A DNA stretch of 64,000 bases from Eledone cirrhosa (Eukaryota): positions 340,256,001 to 340,320,000 of the forward strand of contig OZ024741.1 in NCBI GenBank assembly GCA_964016885.1. Direction: 5' to 3'. The notes below the pieces were generated by a model, which did not search any database, was not told where the DNA came from, and saw only the letters and a list, made by a program, of their open reading frames with translations. The position numbers and the translations under genes are program-made. Positions 13,303 through 24,909 of this stretch are shown piece after piece. Position 1 is the first letter of the stretch. Every line of letters begins with the position of its first letter.

Positions 13303-15222
13303 GGCAAGGAATATTGAACTAGTTTCGATGTTGTTACATCTCATCAGCAATATTTACCTATCTTCCGGCCTCTCTAGAGAATCGTAAAAGCACATATCGT
13401 TATATGCTTTTTCTATGAAAATTAGTAGTGGGCAGACTAACTTGCATAGAGCATGAGTACGTACCGGTTCAACGGAGACGATAAAAACAAATAACGAAAC
13501 GAAATTAAATTTCGTTTCATTTGTAACTCACTTTTGTATGACTGACGCTTAAACAATTAAGTTAAAAATGTACATCCACATATGTATACTGAAATACTAG
13601 TATGCATATGAATACACACACGTATACATATGTAGATGTACCGAGTTTTTCACTGGTCACTTTACTGTGAGTGTCCAGCTATTCTGTATGTAAACACACA
13701 GACAAACCGGTTTTTAGAGTCATACTGGTTTTTGAGGAAACACCTTTCCTCTATTCTCCAGAAAGCCAGGCAAGGAATATTGAACTAGTTTCGATGTTGT
13801 TACATCTCATCAGCAATATTTACCTATCTTCCGGCCTCTCTAGAGAATCGTAAAAGCACATATCGTTATATGCTTTTTCTATGAAAATTAGTAGTGGGCA
13901 GACTAACTTGCATAGAGCATGAGTACGTACCGGTTCAACGGAGACGATAAAAACAAATAACGAAACGAAATTAAATTTCGTTTCATTTGTAACTCACTTT
14001 TGTATGACTGACGCTTAAACAATTAAGTTAAAAATGTACATCCACATATGTATACTGAAATACTAGTATGCATATGAATACACACACGTATACATATGTA
14101 GATGTACCGAGTTTTTCACTGGTCACTTTACTGTGAGTGTCCAGCTATTCTGTATGTAAACACACAGACAAACCGGTTTTTAGAGTCATACTGGTTTTTG
14201 AGGAAACACCTTTCCTCTATTCTCCAGAAAGCCAGGCAAGGAATATTGAACTAGTTTCGATGTTGTTACATCTCATCAGCAATATTTACCTATCTTCCGG
14301 CCTCTCTAGAGAATCGTAAAAGCACATATCGTTATATGCTTTTTCTATGAAAATTAGTAGTGGGCAGACTAACTTGCATAGAGCATGAGTACGTACCGGT
14401 TCAACGGAGACGATAAAAACAAATAACGAAACGAAATTAAATTTCGTTTCATTTGTAACTCACTTTTGTATGACTGACGCTTAAACAATTAAGTTAAAAA
14501 TGTACATCCACATATGTATACTGAAATACTAGTATGCATATGAATACACACACGTATACATATGTAGATGTACCGAGTTTTTCACTGGTCACTTTACTGT
14601 GAGTGTCCAGCTATTCTGTATGTAAACACACAGACAAACCGGTTTTTAGAGTCATACTGGTTTTTGAGGAAACACCTTTCCTCTATTCTCCAGAAAGCCA
14701 GGCAAGGAATATTGAACTAGTTTCGATGTTGTTACATCTCATCAGCAATATTTACCTATCTTCCGGCCTCTCTAGAGAATCGTAAAAGCACATATCGTTA
14801 TATGCTTTTTCTATGAAAATTAGTAGTGGGCAGACTAACTTGCATAGAGCATGAGTACGTACCGGTTCAACGGAGACGATAAAAACAAATAACGAAACGA
14901 AATTAAATTTCGTTTCATTTGTAACTCACTTTTGTATGACTGACGCTTAAACAATTAAGTTAAAAATGTACATCCACATATGTATACTGAAATACTAGTA
15001 TGCATATGAATACACACACGTATACATATGTAGATGTACCGAGTTTTTCACTGGTCACTTTACTGTGAGTGTCCAGCTATTCTGTATGTAAACACACAGA
15101 CAAACCGGTTTTTAGAGTCATACTGGTTTTTGAGGAAACACCTTTCCTCTATTCTCCAGAAAGCCAGGCAAGGAATATTGAACTAGTTTCGATGTTGTTA
15201 CATCTCATCAGCAATATTTACC
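13303..15222 (-). ncRNA. Five intact hammerhead motifs (13303-13358, 13769-13824, 14235-14290, 14701-14756, 15167-15222)
   Basis: Reverse complements of 15785-15840, one per unit. Confidence 0.85.
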
Positions 15223-15784
15223 TATCTTCCGGCCTCTCTAGAGAATCGTAAAAGCACATATCGTTATATGCTTTTTCTATGAAAATTAGTAGTGGGCAGA
15301 CTAACTTGCATAGAGCATGAGTACGTACCGGTTCAACGGAGACGATAAAAACAAATAACGAAACGAAATTAAATTTCGTTTCATTTGTAACTCACTTTTG
15401 TATGACTGACGCTTAAACAATTAAGTTAAAAATGTACATCCACATATGTATACTGAAATACTAGTATGCATATGAATACACACACGTATACATATGTAGA
15501 TGTACCGAGTTTTTCACTGGTCACTTTACTGTGAGTGTCCAGCTATTCTGTATGTAAACACACAGACAAACCGGTTTTTAACTTAATTGTTTAAGCGTCA
15601 GTCATACAAAAGTGAGTTACAAATGAAACGAAATTTAATTTCGTTTCGTTATTTGTTTTTATCGTCTCCGTTGAACCGGTACGTACTCATGCTCTATGCA
15701 AGTTAGTCTGCCCACTACTAATTTTCATAGAAAAAGCATATAACGATATGTGCTTTTACGATTCTCTAGAGAGGCCGGAAGATA

Positions 15785-15840
15785 GGTAAATATTGCTGAT
15801 GAGATGTAACAACATCGAAACTAGTTCAATATTCCTTGCC
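15785..15840 (+). ncRNA. Type I minimal hammerhead ribozyme (inverted unit)
   Basis: aatattg-CTGATGA-gatgt(aac)aacatc-GAAA-ctag-TT-caatatt. Stem I is aatattg/caatatt, extended by ggtaa/ttgcc. Stem II is gatgt/acatc. Stem III region AACTAGTT is palindromic. Predicted cleavage after GUU (15826). Confidence 0.85.
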
Positions 15841-16199
15841 TGGCTTTCTGGAGAATAGAGGAAAGGTGTTTCCTCAAAAACCAGTATGACTCTAAAAACC
15901 GGTTTGTCTGTGTGTTTACATACAGAATAGCTGGACACTCACAGTAAAGTGACCAGTGAAAAACTCGGTACATCTACATATGTATACGTGTGTGTATTCA
16001 TATGCATACTAGTATTTCAGTATACATATGTGGATGTACATTTTTAACTTAATTGTTTATAGCTTAAAATGTTCGTTGTAAAGGAAACGAAAAACATATA
16101 TATACCTCCAGTGAAATGGTAATGAGAGGTACATTGCAATACAATAAATCAATAAATAACAAGAACAGCAAAAAAAATATATATATATAAGGCTCCAAT

Positions 16200-18025
16200 G
16201 GCCAGTTCACATAAAAATAGTTTGGCAGAACTTTTTGGGCCAGTGGACTCTCCGACCGGAACGGGTCGTAGTCTTGTATGTAGGTGAAGGTGGGGCAGAA
16301 GGAGCAGGTGTATGCACAAGAGAGAAAGATTGGGGTAGTTGTGGCTCGGGTGTATGAGCATCATTGTGTGCCCTTTTCAGTCTAAATTGTCCGAAATTGT
16401 CTCTCTGGACCCCTTAACGTCTACAGTGAAATGTTTGTCAGTGCGTGATAACACACGGTAGGGTCCAGAGTATGGTTGTGTGAGGGGTGGTCTCACAGCA
16501 TCGTTCCTTACGAACACATGGGTCCACGAGGCAATATCCCTCGGGACCGCAGGTTTTACAGTTTTCTTCCTCGTATCCATCGGCGGCAGGTCCTGTAAAT
16601 AAGAACGCAGACGGGATACGTAGGAAAGCGGATCTTGGAAAGCAAGATCAACAGGGGCAAGCATTTTCCCAGGCAACGCTGGAGGAGCACCGTAAATTAA
16701 TTCGGCCGGGAAGAACCCAAGGTCCTCCTTTATTGATGACCGAATTCCTAATAACACAATAGGAAGGTACTCGCTCCAACGTTGAGAGTCTGGATAGGCG
16801 CGAAGAGCGGCCTTTAATTGGCGGTGGAATCGTTCCACCATTCCATTTGAAGCAGGATGATAGGCTGTGGTCCGAATCCGTTGAGCTCCAATTATTTTGG
16901 TGAGCTCAAAGAAGAGATGGGACTCGAATTGTCTACCGCGGTCTGTGGTGAGTGTAGTTGGTACCCCAAAGCGGGTAATCCACCCTGATACCAGGGCACG
17001 TGGTACAGTCTCAGCAGTCATGTCTTGTAAAGGGATGGCTTCAGGCCATCGCGAAAAACGATCGACACACGTCAATATGTAGGAATATCCACTGCTGAAT
17101 GGCCAAGGTCCAACGATGTCAATGTGGATGTGTTGGAACCGAGCATCTGGAGTGGTGAAAGTACCCAGTGGAGTCCGGATGTGTCTATGGATCTTCGATT
17201 TCTGGCAAGCGATACAGGAACGGCACCAAGCAGCAATGTCGCGCCTCATATTAGGCCAGAAGAATCTGGCTGTTATGAGTTTAACTGTGGCAGCAGATCC
17301 TGGATGAGAAATGTTGTGCAAAGCCAGGAACACAATTCGACGGTGAGTCTGAGGAACAAGTGGTCGTGGTGCATCAGTGGATACATCACATAGAATCTAC
17401 CTGTCGGTGGTGGACAAGAGCAGATATTTGAAGATGCAAGTCGCAAATTCAGTAGAAAGAGTGTCCAACGATTGGAGTGCAGGTTGGTCTGCAGCTAAAC
17501 GACCTAAGTCGATCTCCTGGGATGACGAGATGGAGCTAATTGGCAAACGTGATAATGCGTCTGCAACTATGTTGTGCGAGCCGGCAATGTGCTGGATATC
17601 GTTTGTAAATTGTGAAACGTAGTCCAGGTGCCTTGTCTCTCTGGGCGAATATCTGTCGGCTTTGGCCCTCAAAGCGAAGGTCAACGGTTTGTGGTCGGTA
17701 AAAACCGTAAAATTTCTCCCCTCAAGAATATGAGAGAAATGTTTCACCGACAGATATATGGCCAATAATTCCCGCCCAAACGTGCTGTAACGCGTTTCTG
17801 CTGGTTTCAACTTCCTCGAGAAAAATGCCAAAGGTTGTTGGTTTTCAGCGTAAGACTGCTGTAAAACTGCTCCCACAGCGGTATCAGATGCATCAACACA
17901 AAGCGAAAGCTTGGCCTCTGGTACCGGGTGGGCTAGCAAAGAAGAAGTAGCGAGGGCTGTCTTGGCAGACTGGAAGTCCTGAAGCTGTCCTTGTGTCAAG
18001 GAAATGTCTTCATTCTTCTTACGAC

Positions 18026-18066
<41 letters not shown>

Positions 18067-19390
18067 GTCAGTAAGGGAAGATAGCCAATTAGCACAATGA
18101 GGAATGAAACGCCTATAGAAATTGATTAGGCCTAAGAAGTGACGCAACTGGTGAAGTGTAGTAGGTGGCGGTAACTCCTGTATGGCTTGAACTCGCTGAG
18201 GGAGCGGCCTAATACCTTCGGCGTCGATGAGGTGGCCTAAAAAATGTAGGGAAGTGGAACCGAAAACACACTTTGCAGGATTCACGCGAACGCGGTAATC
18301 CTGAAGTCGCCGAAGTAAGAGAAGCATGTGGCGCATATGCTCTTCCGGAGAGGAACTAGCGACGAGAATATCGTCTATGTAAGCATAGACGAAGTCCAGA
18401 CCACGCGTGACCTCGTCTATGAACCGCTGAAAAGTGCTAGCGGCGTTCCTGAGTCCGAAAGGCATGGTCAAAAATTCGAATGATCCGCAAGGGGTTGTAA
18501 TCGCAGTTTTCGGAATATCCTCCTTCCTGACCGGAATTTGGTGGTAGGCTCGCACTAAATCTAACTTAGAAAAAATCTTACACCCCTGCAGTGAAGATGC
18601 AAAATCGTGGAGATGGGGAATGGGATACCTATCCGGGACGGTCATGGCATTTAACCTCCTATAATCCCCCGTGGGTCTCCAGTAGCCGGAAGTCTTGGGC
18701 ACCATGTGTAACGGTGAAGCCCAAGGACTCGTAGATGGGCGAATAATGCCCAGCTGCAGCATATGGTCGAACTCGGACCGTGCTGCCTTTAATTTTTCCG
18801 TCGGTAAGCGGCGTGGGCGCGAAAACACTGGGGCACCGGTGGTGGAAACGAAATGTTCGGTCGAGTGTGCTGGGTCAGTGACTCGAAAATTTCCATCCGT
18901 GAGCTCCGGGAAAGAACCCAGTAACGCATGGTAAGCGTCACCAGCGGCAGCGATAAAGAACACGGGGCTGACTATTGGGGCATTGGCTTCCTAGCCAAGA
19001 ATTGAAAAGCCGGTGATGTTATCCACCAGGCGTTGGCCACGGACGTTCACAGTTAAAGAGAAGTTGTGGAGGAAATCCGCTCCTAAGATGGGATATGGCA
19101 AATCGGCAACCGTAAAAATCCACTTAAAATCCCTTCGAAGATTTAGGAATTTACGAGGGAGCGAGATTTGCCCGTACGTCTTTATAGACGAGTGGTTAAC
19201 TGCCTGCAGCGTAACAGATGACTCTATGGGGGTATCTTTCAGGCAATGGACCGGCCAGATACTACAGGAGGCTCCTGTATCCACGAGGAAACCTCTTCCG
19301 GATATTAGGTCCTTAATGAAGAAATGGCGGTTTGGTGGCTTTATGTTGAGGCCATCTGTTCCCATCAGAGGACCTCTTATGCGTTCCCCG
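16200..19390 (-). pseudogene. pol: Gypsy pol (protease, RT, RNase H, integrase), disrupted
   Basis: [62 protein letters not shown], and terminal TTRSGRRVHWPK. Stops, frameshifts and a 35-nt A tract (18028-18062) disrupt it. Confidence 0.93.
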
Positions 19391-20171
19391 CCTTATGATA
19401 GGAGCAAGGTTGCACGCAGTGCTTCGCGTTCTCAGCAAATCGCTCGTGGTACCAGCATAGGGATGAAGCTGGTGATTTGGAACGCCGTCTGAAACTTTGC
19501 GATCTCCCGCGACTGCGGGAGCGCGAACAGCCACCACACAAGGCCTTCATCTTGTGGAGCTCCATGGTGAGCTCCTGAATGGACCTTTGCATCGCTATAA
19601 TGGTCGAGCTGTCTGTTGGCGCTGCCGCGTAGATCGCATGGCCGTGTGTGGCCCGAGCTGGGTGGTGAACAGCGGCGAGGGGGTCGCTTTCTCCGGCATT
19701 CGTCACCTCGAAAATTTTGTCCGCAGATGAGGCAAGCTGCTCAACCGTGCTTGAATCCCTCATGGGGGCCAAAATTGCCTGTACGTTTGTCGGCAGGCGC
19801 GAAAAGAACAACTGCTTCAGCAGGACAGTTTCCGCTGCAGACCCCTCCGTTAGGTCCTTCATTCGCCTAAGGAGGTTTGATGGGGTGCCATCCCCTATAT
19901 GCTCCAGATGGACCAGAGCCCTAAATCTCTTCTCTGAAGACTGTTCTGTCCGGCTGAGTATTTCAGCCTTCAGAGACGTGTACGACGAGTCTGTCGTTGC
20001 CTCTAACACGAGGTCCTTAACTGCTGGGAGAATTGCCGGCGGAATTGCGCTGAGGACCACAGAATGGTGTAGTTACTCGTCAACTCTGTTCGCCCTGAAG
20101 AAAGCTTCTAACTGCGAGAACCATAGCCTTACGTCGCCCGTGTACGTTGGCAGAACAGAGTGGGAAGCCAT
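19377..20171 (-). pseudogene. gag: Gypsy gag
   Basis: MASHSVLPTYTGDVRLWFSQLEAFF...; one in-frame stop at ~20072; LFFSRLP; C-terminal CWYHERF...CVQPC. Confidence 0.85.
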
Positions 20172-20641
20172 TGGTATGCCGTAGGCAATCTACCGTTTGG
20201 GAAAAATGTCTCTAACGTAACAGAAAAGGAAAACTAAATTCTTTCGTCAGACCACTGGACCGGAAAAATAATGCATCCGGGACAATGTGCGAACAAGCGA
20301 TTACTTGAATGCTGTTATACTACGTTAAGTGCGAGGAACCTAAAAACTCAAAAAAAAAATCCAACATGGCGGACTATTTCGCGCCAAAAACACTATTGAT
20401 GGAGAAGAGAGACTCCACCTTGTCATCCTCAGAAATATTTTAGCCAGAGAAGCGAAAGGCAGAAAAGGAGAGAAAACAGAAGGCAAAAACATTTATACAA
20501 TTGCGGTTTGTCTGTGTGTCAATAATTGTAGGTGTTCCTTTTGTATTAAATTGTTATATTTTTCTCTTTTTTTTTTATATATATATCATATTAAATATAC
20601 CGTATACCATTTCCCATTTTTTTTTTTTTTTTTTTTTTTTT

Positions 20642-20660
20642 AATCACGTCGGGGTCACCA
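20642..20660 (-). promoter_or_regulatory. Primer-binding site complementary to tRNA-Trp 3' end
   Basis: Minus strand TGGTGACCCCGACGTGATT lies 1 nt after the 5' LTR and matches the metazoan tRNA-Trp 3' end AATCACGTCGGGGTCACCA. Confidence 0.9.
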
Positions 20661-21809
20661 CTTTAGGAAATACATATCGGTGTACATGCAACATAATATA
20701 AAAGACAGTAAATACCGGTGTGTGTGTGGTAATAAAGTTTTTACTTCATGGAAGTCAAAGGCATTAAATATAAGGATTTGTTACCCGATGGTCATAATAC
20801 AAGGCTGAAGTTGGTAGAGACATCTTAGGCTCTCATCTCAGGCTGCAAGTTGCATTGAGCTTGGTAACGAAAGGGTCGTCAAGAAGGAATCACAAGCTAA
20901 GGTCGAAGGTGTTACCACTTCAGGAATCAGGAGGCGAGAGAAAGATTTCGTAGTAAACCACTCCTTTTATATCTGTTGACCGGAAGTGACCACCAGGGAG
21001 TCTGGTCAATCCCAAAGAGAAGCAACTCCACCTACTTCCTGTCTAGAGGGCGGTGATGAGATTGTCATGGCAGGGGAGGCAACTCTTACTACAACTTCTT
21101 CATTATCATCTATCGTCTGGAGGAGGGTATTGTAGCGACTAGCGCCATCTTTGCCCGGGGAACAAAACTAATTGGAGTTACTTTCCTGTGGCCAGAATAT
21201 AAGGAAGTGTTCTGGCGTCTCTCTCTCTTCTTCTGTCCAGCTTCTCCGAGCTGCACGCACATCTGCTGGCGACCTCTACCATAAGGCTCAGCTCAGATGC
21301 ATTTCAATCCTTCTCATAAGGATTAACAATAACAAGTCACAGGTATGTTCATTAATCATTGTAACACACACACACAAGCACACGAAAAAAGAGTAAAACT
21401 ACTTTTATACACTGTTGAGAAAACTTATCGTTATTGTTGTTGTCATGTTTGAATTACCACCAATAACCAGCTAACCAGATGAGTGAACTATATATTCATG
21501 TATATTATATTTTCTGTCTGCATAGCATCATCTTGCTTCCCGCATTCTTTATGTATTCTTGTATTCCTGCCTTCTTTCATATTATATAATTTAGCGTGTG
21601 GGATAACATTTGGTATTCCAGACTCAAATCCCTTTATTCTACATGCTAAAACAGCATACAAAAGATAGCACTACTAGGCACTGCACACATATTACGAAAA
21701 GTACTATCAATACAATAGAAACAACACCAACAAAAACTATACTGCTTATGCCCAAGGCGTACAGAGCTGTGCTCAGTAAAGCAGTAATGATGCGTAATAA
21801 AAATAATAA

Positions 21810-21990
21810 TGATAATAAGAGCAAGCCCTCAGAATGAAGTGGATGAAACACCATATTGACAAGGAGGCTAGCTCACTGTGTAGGATCTATGGAGAGAGAG
21901 AGAGGAGACTGTGGTTCACATCATATCCAACTGTAAACAGCTAGCCCAGACTCACTATAAAGGCTGGAGGCATGGTGATTCGCTGGCATA
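21810..21990 (+). mobile_element. R4/Dong-like LINE fragment
   Basis: Homologous to ~8895-9080 (QALR...KHHIDKE...CRI). Confidence 0.7.
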
Positions 21991-22078
21991 TTACATTGAC
22001 AGTCGGCCATCCTGATGATTTCCTCCGAATGAAACAGTTCTAGAAGCCATTTATATCTATATATAGAGAGAGAGAGAG

Positions 22079-22146
22079 AGAATCAAAGCTATGTTCAAAG
22101 CATTTATTCGTAAGAGAATAAATGCTTTGAACATAGCTTTGATTCT
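22079..22146. repeat. Perfect 31-bp stem hairpin
   Basis: agaatcaaagctatgttcaaagcatttattc-gtaaga-gaataaatgctttgaacatagctttgattct. Confidence 0.9.
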
Positions 22147-22331
22147 TGTGAATTCTATATAACTGCTCTGTAGAACAACTGATGTTATTACATTGAGCTA
22201 TTTATCTTACTGGTAATAAGGTAGTAATAAATTACTGACCTGCACTGTTTAGGGTTTAAAATATATATAACTATAAAAAGTTTTAATATATACATAACCA
22301 TAAGTAGTATCCCTAATGTTATATATATATA

Positions 22332-23119
22332 TACAAGGTGGTATCAAAGCAGTGGTGTCAACAGATGGCAACACATGGTTGTGCGCCCAATAAGAGCTAG
22401 CAGTGACCTTCATGCGCCAGTGTGCCAAGTGACATCATTGTGTTCACTTCGCAAGTTGTGAAATTTGTGTTTTTTTTATAATGTGTATGCTATAGCCTGC
22501 AATTTTGTCATGAACAGGAAGTTGGAACAAAGAGCCAATGTGAAATTTTGCGTTCAACAAGAATGTCCCTGGAAGATGATGAGCAATCTGGAAGACCTGC
22601 CATGAGCGTCACCCCTGGAAGTGTGGAGAAAATTAATCAGCTTGTGCATGAAGATCATCGGAGGACAATCAACAATATTGCTGATGTTTTGAGTCATTTG
22701 AGAGGAGACATTCAGCGAAAGTGAGCGCGAATAATTGGATTCTTCATGACAACAATGCACATTATGATCAAGCTCTCCTCATTTGTGAGTTTCTTGCCAA
22801 CAACAACATTGTATTGCTTCCGCACCTGCCCTATTCACCAGATTTAGCACCTGCGGACCTCCATTTCCTCTCCAAGCTGAAAATACAGCTCAAAAGTTGC
22901 CGTTTTAACACCATGTCAAGATCCAGGGTAAATCCCAGGTCCTTGACTAGTTTACGGAAAATGATTTCCAGGCTGGATTCCAAAAGTGGCAAGAATGCTG
23001 GGACTAGTGTATTGCTGCACAAGGTGACTATTTCAAAGGAGATGATGTTAAAACTTATGTAAATATATTAGTTGTTTTTAAATATAACTAGTCTGGGAAC
23101 TTTTTGATACCACCTCGTA
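22332..23119 (+). mobile_element. Tc1/mariner DNA transposon remnant
   Basis: TIRs tacaaggtggtatcaaa / tttgataccacctcgta in TA context. Transposase pieces EQRANVKF, EDDEQSGRP, LHDNNAH and HLPYSPDLAPAD. Confidence 0.88.
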
Positions 23120-23329
23120 TATAAAGACTTGGGATGAGGTGATAAAACTGACCTTACCCAATTACACCTCTCAAAGGCGATGACACTGGTCCGAGATGTC
23201 TGGAGTTATGCAGTAATACAGAAGACCTAACTTCTCACGAGCACAGGCTGAGCTGAAGCATATATACAGTATGCAACCAACCTACCCTCCCACTGTATAG
23301 AGGTTGTGTAAGTATCACAACAAAAAGCA

Positions 23330-24010
23330 TCTAGCCCACACTATAAAGTGTTCGTGAAGGTCTCACGACAAAAAGCACCCAATACTCACTGTAAATGAGG
23401 TTGGCGTTAGGAAGGGCATCCAGCTGTAGAAACCAAGTCAAAATCAGTTCTGTATAAGCATGGCATGGTCACCTGACCTAGCATTTCCCACAACAGGACA
23501 ACTCGTCAAACCCATGCTAGCATGGAAGAATGGGCGTAAAACGGTGATGATGATGATTAGAACATAAGAGTTTAAAACAGTAAATAGAAAGTGAATATAT
23601 ATTTGAAAAATAACACTATCTACCAAACTCATGAAAAGCACAACCTAATACATCAGGAAAGGTGAGCTGCCAATTTGATGTAATCAAATCAGATATAGGC
23701 ATAGCTCTGTAAAAAAGATCAGTTTGCAAATTCAAAATTTGAGGCTTGAACTCCTTAAGCAGAATTTTAGTCAAGTAGCACCTAGTCAATGCTAAAAAGT
23801 GATGGTGTAGGTGTCATGACAAAAAGCACCCAGCACACACTTTAAATGTGGATCGTGTTGGGAAGGGCATCCAGCAGTAGGAATCAGGTCCAAACCAGTT
23901 CCCTGTGAGCAATACATGGTCATCTGATCTGGCTTGTCTCATAATGGGGCAACTCATCTAACCCATGGTAGCATGGAAAAATGGACATTAAACAGTGATG
24001 ATGATGGTTA
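23330..24010 (+). mobile_element. Two short RTE-3'-end / RTE-tailed SINE fragments
   Basis: ggaagggcatccagc...cccatgctagcatggaa...(gat)n at ~23340-23557 and ~23805-24007, the same end as the RTE at 3150-3299. Confidence 0.7.
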
Positions 24011-24072
24011 TGATATCTTCTACCATAGTTCCAGGGTAACCAATAATTTATAAAATATGTTTGTCGTTTCAG

Positions 24073-24305
24073 CTTTTACAAATCATAGTATTGTAGTAAA
24101 TACAGGAAAATATGGAACTGATGATGGTATAATGATGGTTTTACACTGCATGTATTATAGAAAGTATGTCACTTTGGATACAGAAAAAGATGATTTTCAA
24201 CCAAATGCAACTGATTATTTTTTTATCCGTAGTACTATCTGTTATGGCCTTGTTTGTGTTACTGTAAAGAGAATGGCATTTACTTCAAATTGGACATTAA
24301 ACAGT
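24073..24305 (+). CDS. Host gene exon (phase 1-0), N-part of a PLAT/LH2-like domain
   Basis: tttcag / gtaagt. FTNHSIVVNTGKYGTDDGIMMVLH...DDFQPNATDYF...NWTLNS fits the PLAT pattern V.TG..GTD...F.....D.F...W.L. Confidence 0.8.
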
Positions 24306-24812
24306 GTAAGTATGTTTATACTTGAGTGGTTTCTAGAGTAATGTTACTCAACATGTGCAGAGCTCAGAGAGTTTCTCCAAGTAGAACTACTACTTCTCTG
24401 CATTGACCAATTATAGCTGTTAAAATGTCTAAGTAAAGCATTATAATATCAATGTCTAAGTAAAGCATGATAATATTGGGCATTATAATGATAATATTGG
24501 GCATATCAATGCCCAATATTATCGATTGTGCCGTCCAAATTGTCCAGTTTTGCACATCATCCTCATCATCGTTATTATCATCACCACTATCATCACCACT
24601 ATCATCATCATTATCATCATTATTTAACACTAATTTCCCTGCTAGCAAGGGTTAGACTATATAAGAAATCAATATGATAGAACTTTCACAAAAATCAAAG
24701 ATGATCAGATATCATACGATGTCTAATTTTAAGATTAGTTATTCTATTTCTCTTATCTGCTAATATGTTTTATATTTGATATTGATTTCACTAATTCTTG
24801 CTCAAATTACAG

Positions 24813-24909
24813 ATAACAATGTACAAGAACAGCGAACTTTTACGCCATTTTATACATGAAAACCTAGTTGAGAAACCTGTATTATTTTGTGACGATCAGA
24901 ATTCAGGAG
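24813..24909 (+). CDS. Host gene exon (phase 0-1), GC donor
   Basis: ttacag acceptor; ITMYKNSELLRHFIHENLVEKPVLFCDDQNSG; GAG|gcaagt donor. Only this frame is open. Confidence 0.72.

Larger units (their letters stand above)
12556..16059. mobile_element. Retrozyme-like insertion: 6.5 tandem 466-bp units plus one inverted unit, 13-bp TSD
   Basis: Period 466 (ORF track 12739, 13205, 13671, 14137, 14603, 15069). Inversion at 15575-15580 with TTTTTA microhomology. TATAGCTTAAAAT at 12543-55 and 16058-70. One hammerhead motif per complete unit. Confidence 0.88.
11645..21093 (-). mobile_element. Full-length Ty3/Gypsy LTR retrotransposon
   Basis: 432-bp LTRs at 11645-12076 and 20662-21093, with about 6 mismatches by eye. 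ACTT TSD at 11641-44 and 21094-97. tRNA-Trp PBS, PPT-like ggcgggagataa, and gag-PR-RT-RH-IN order. Confidence 0.95.
10886..21301 (+). mobile_element. Small non-autonomous LTR element (TRIM-like), split by the Gypsy insertion
   Basis: Direct repeats 10886-11048 and 21131-21301, both TG...CA. TGGTGTTAG (PBS-like) at 11050, and purine tract ggaggaggg just before 21131. Its own internal part is ~630 bp. No TSD found. Confidence 0.72.

Noticed and set aside
12556-15580. CRISPR array or ordinary satellite
   Set aside because: There are no unique spacers and the context is eukaryotic. The TSD, inversion and hammerhead motif argue for a retro-insertion, not a simple satellite.
12739-15938. Repeated 60-aa ORF as a gene family
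   Set aside because: It has a GTG start, no recognisable motif, and lies antisense to the ribozyme. It is a by-product of the repeat.
22011-22045. CTGATGA...GAAA hammerhead-like motif
   Set aside because: Stem II closes with a mismatch and there is no stem I or III.
24420-24525. Short direct repeats plus 15-bp hairpin (gataatattgggcat/atgcccaatattatc)
   Set aside because: Looks like local slippage or template switching, with no sign of function.
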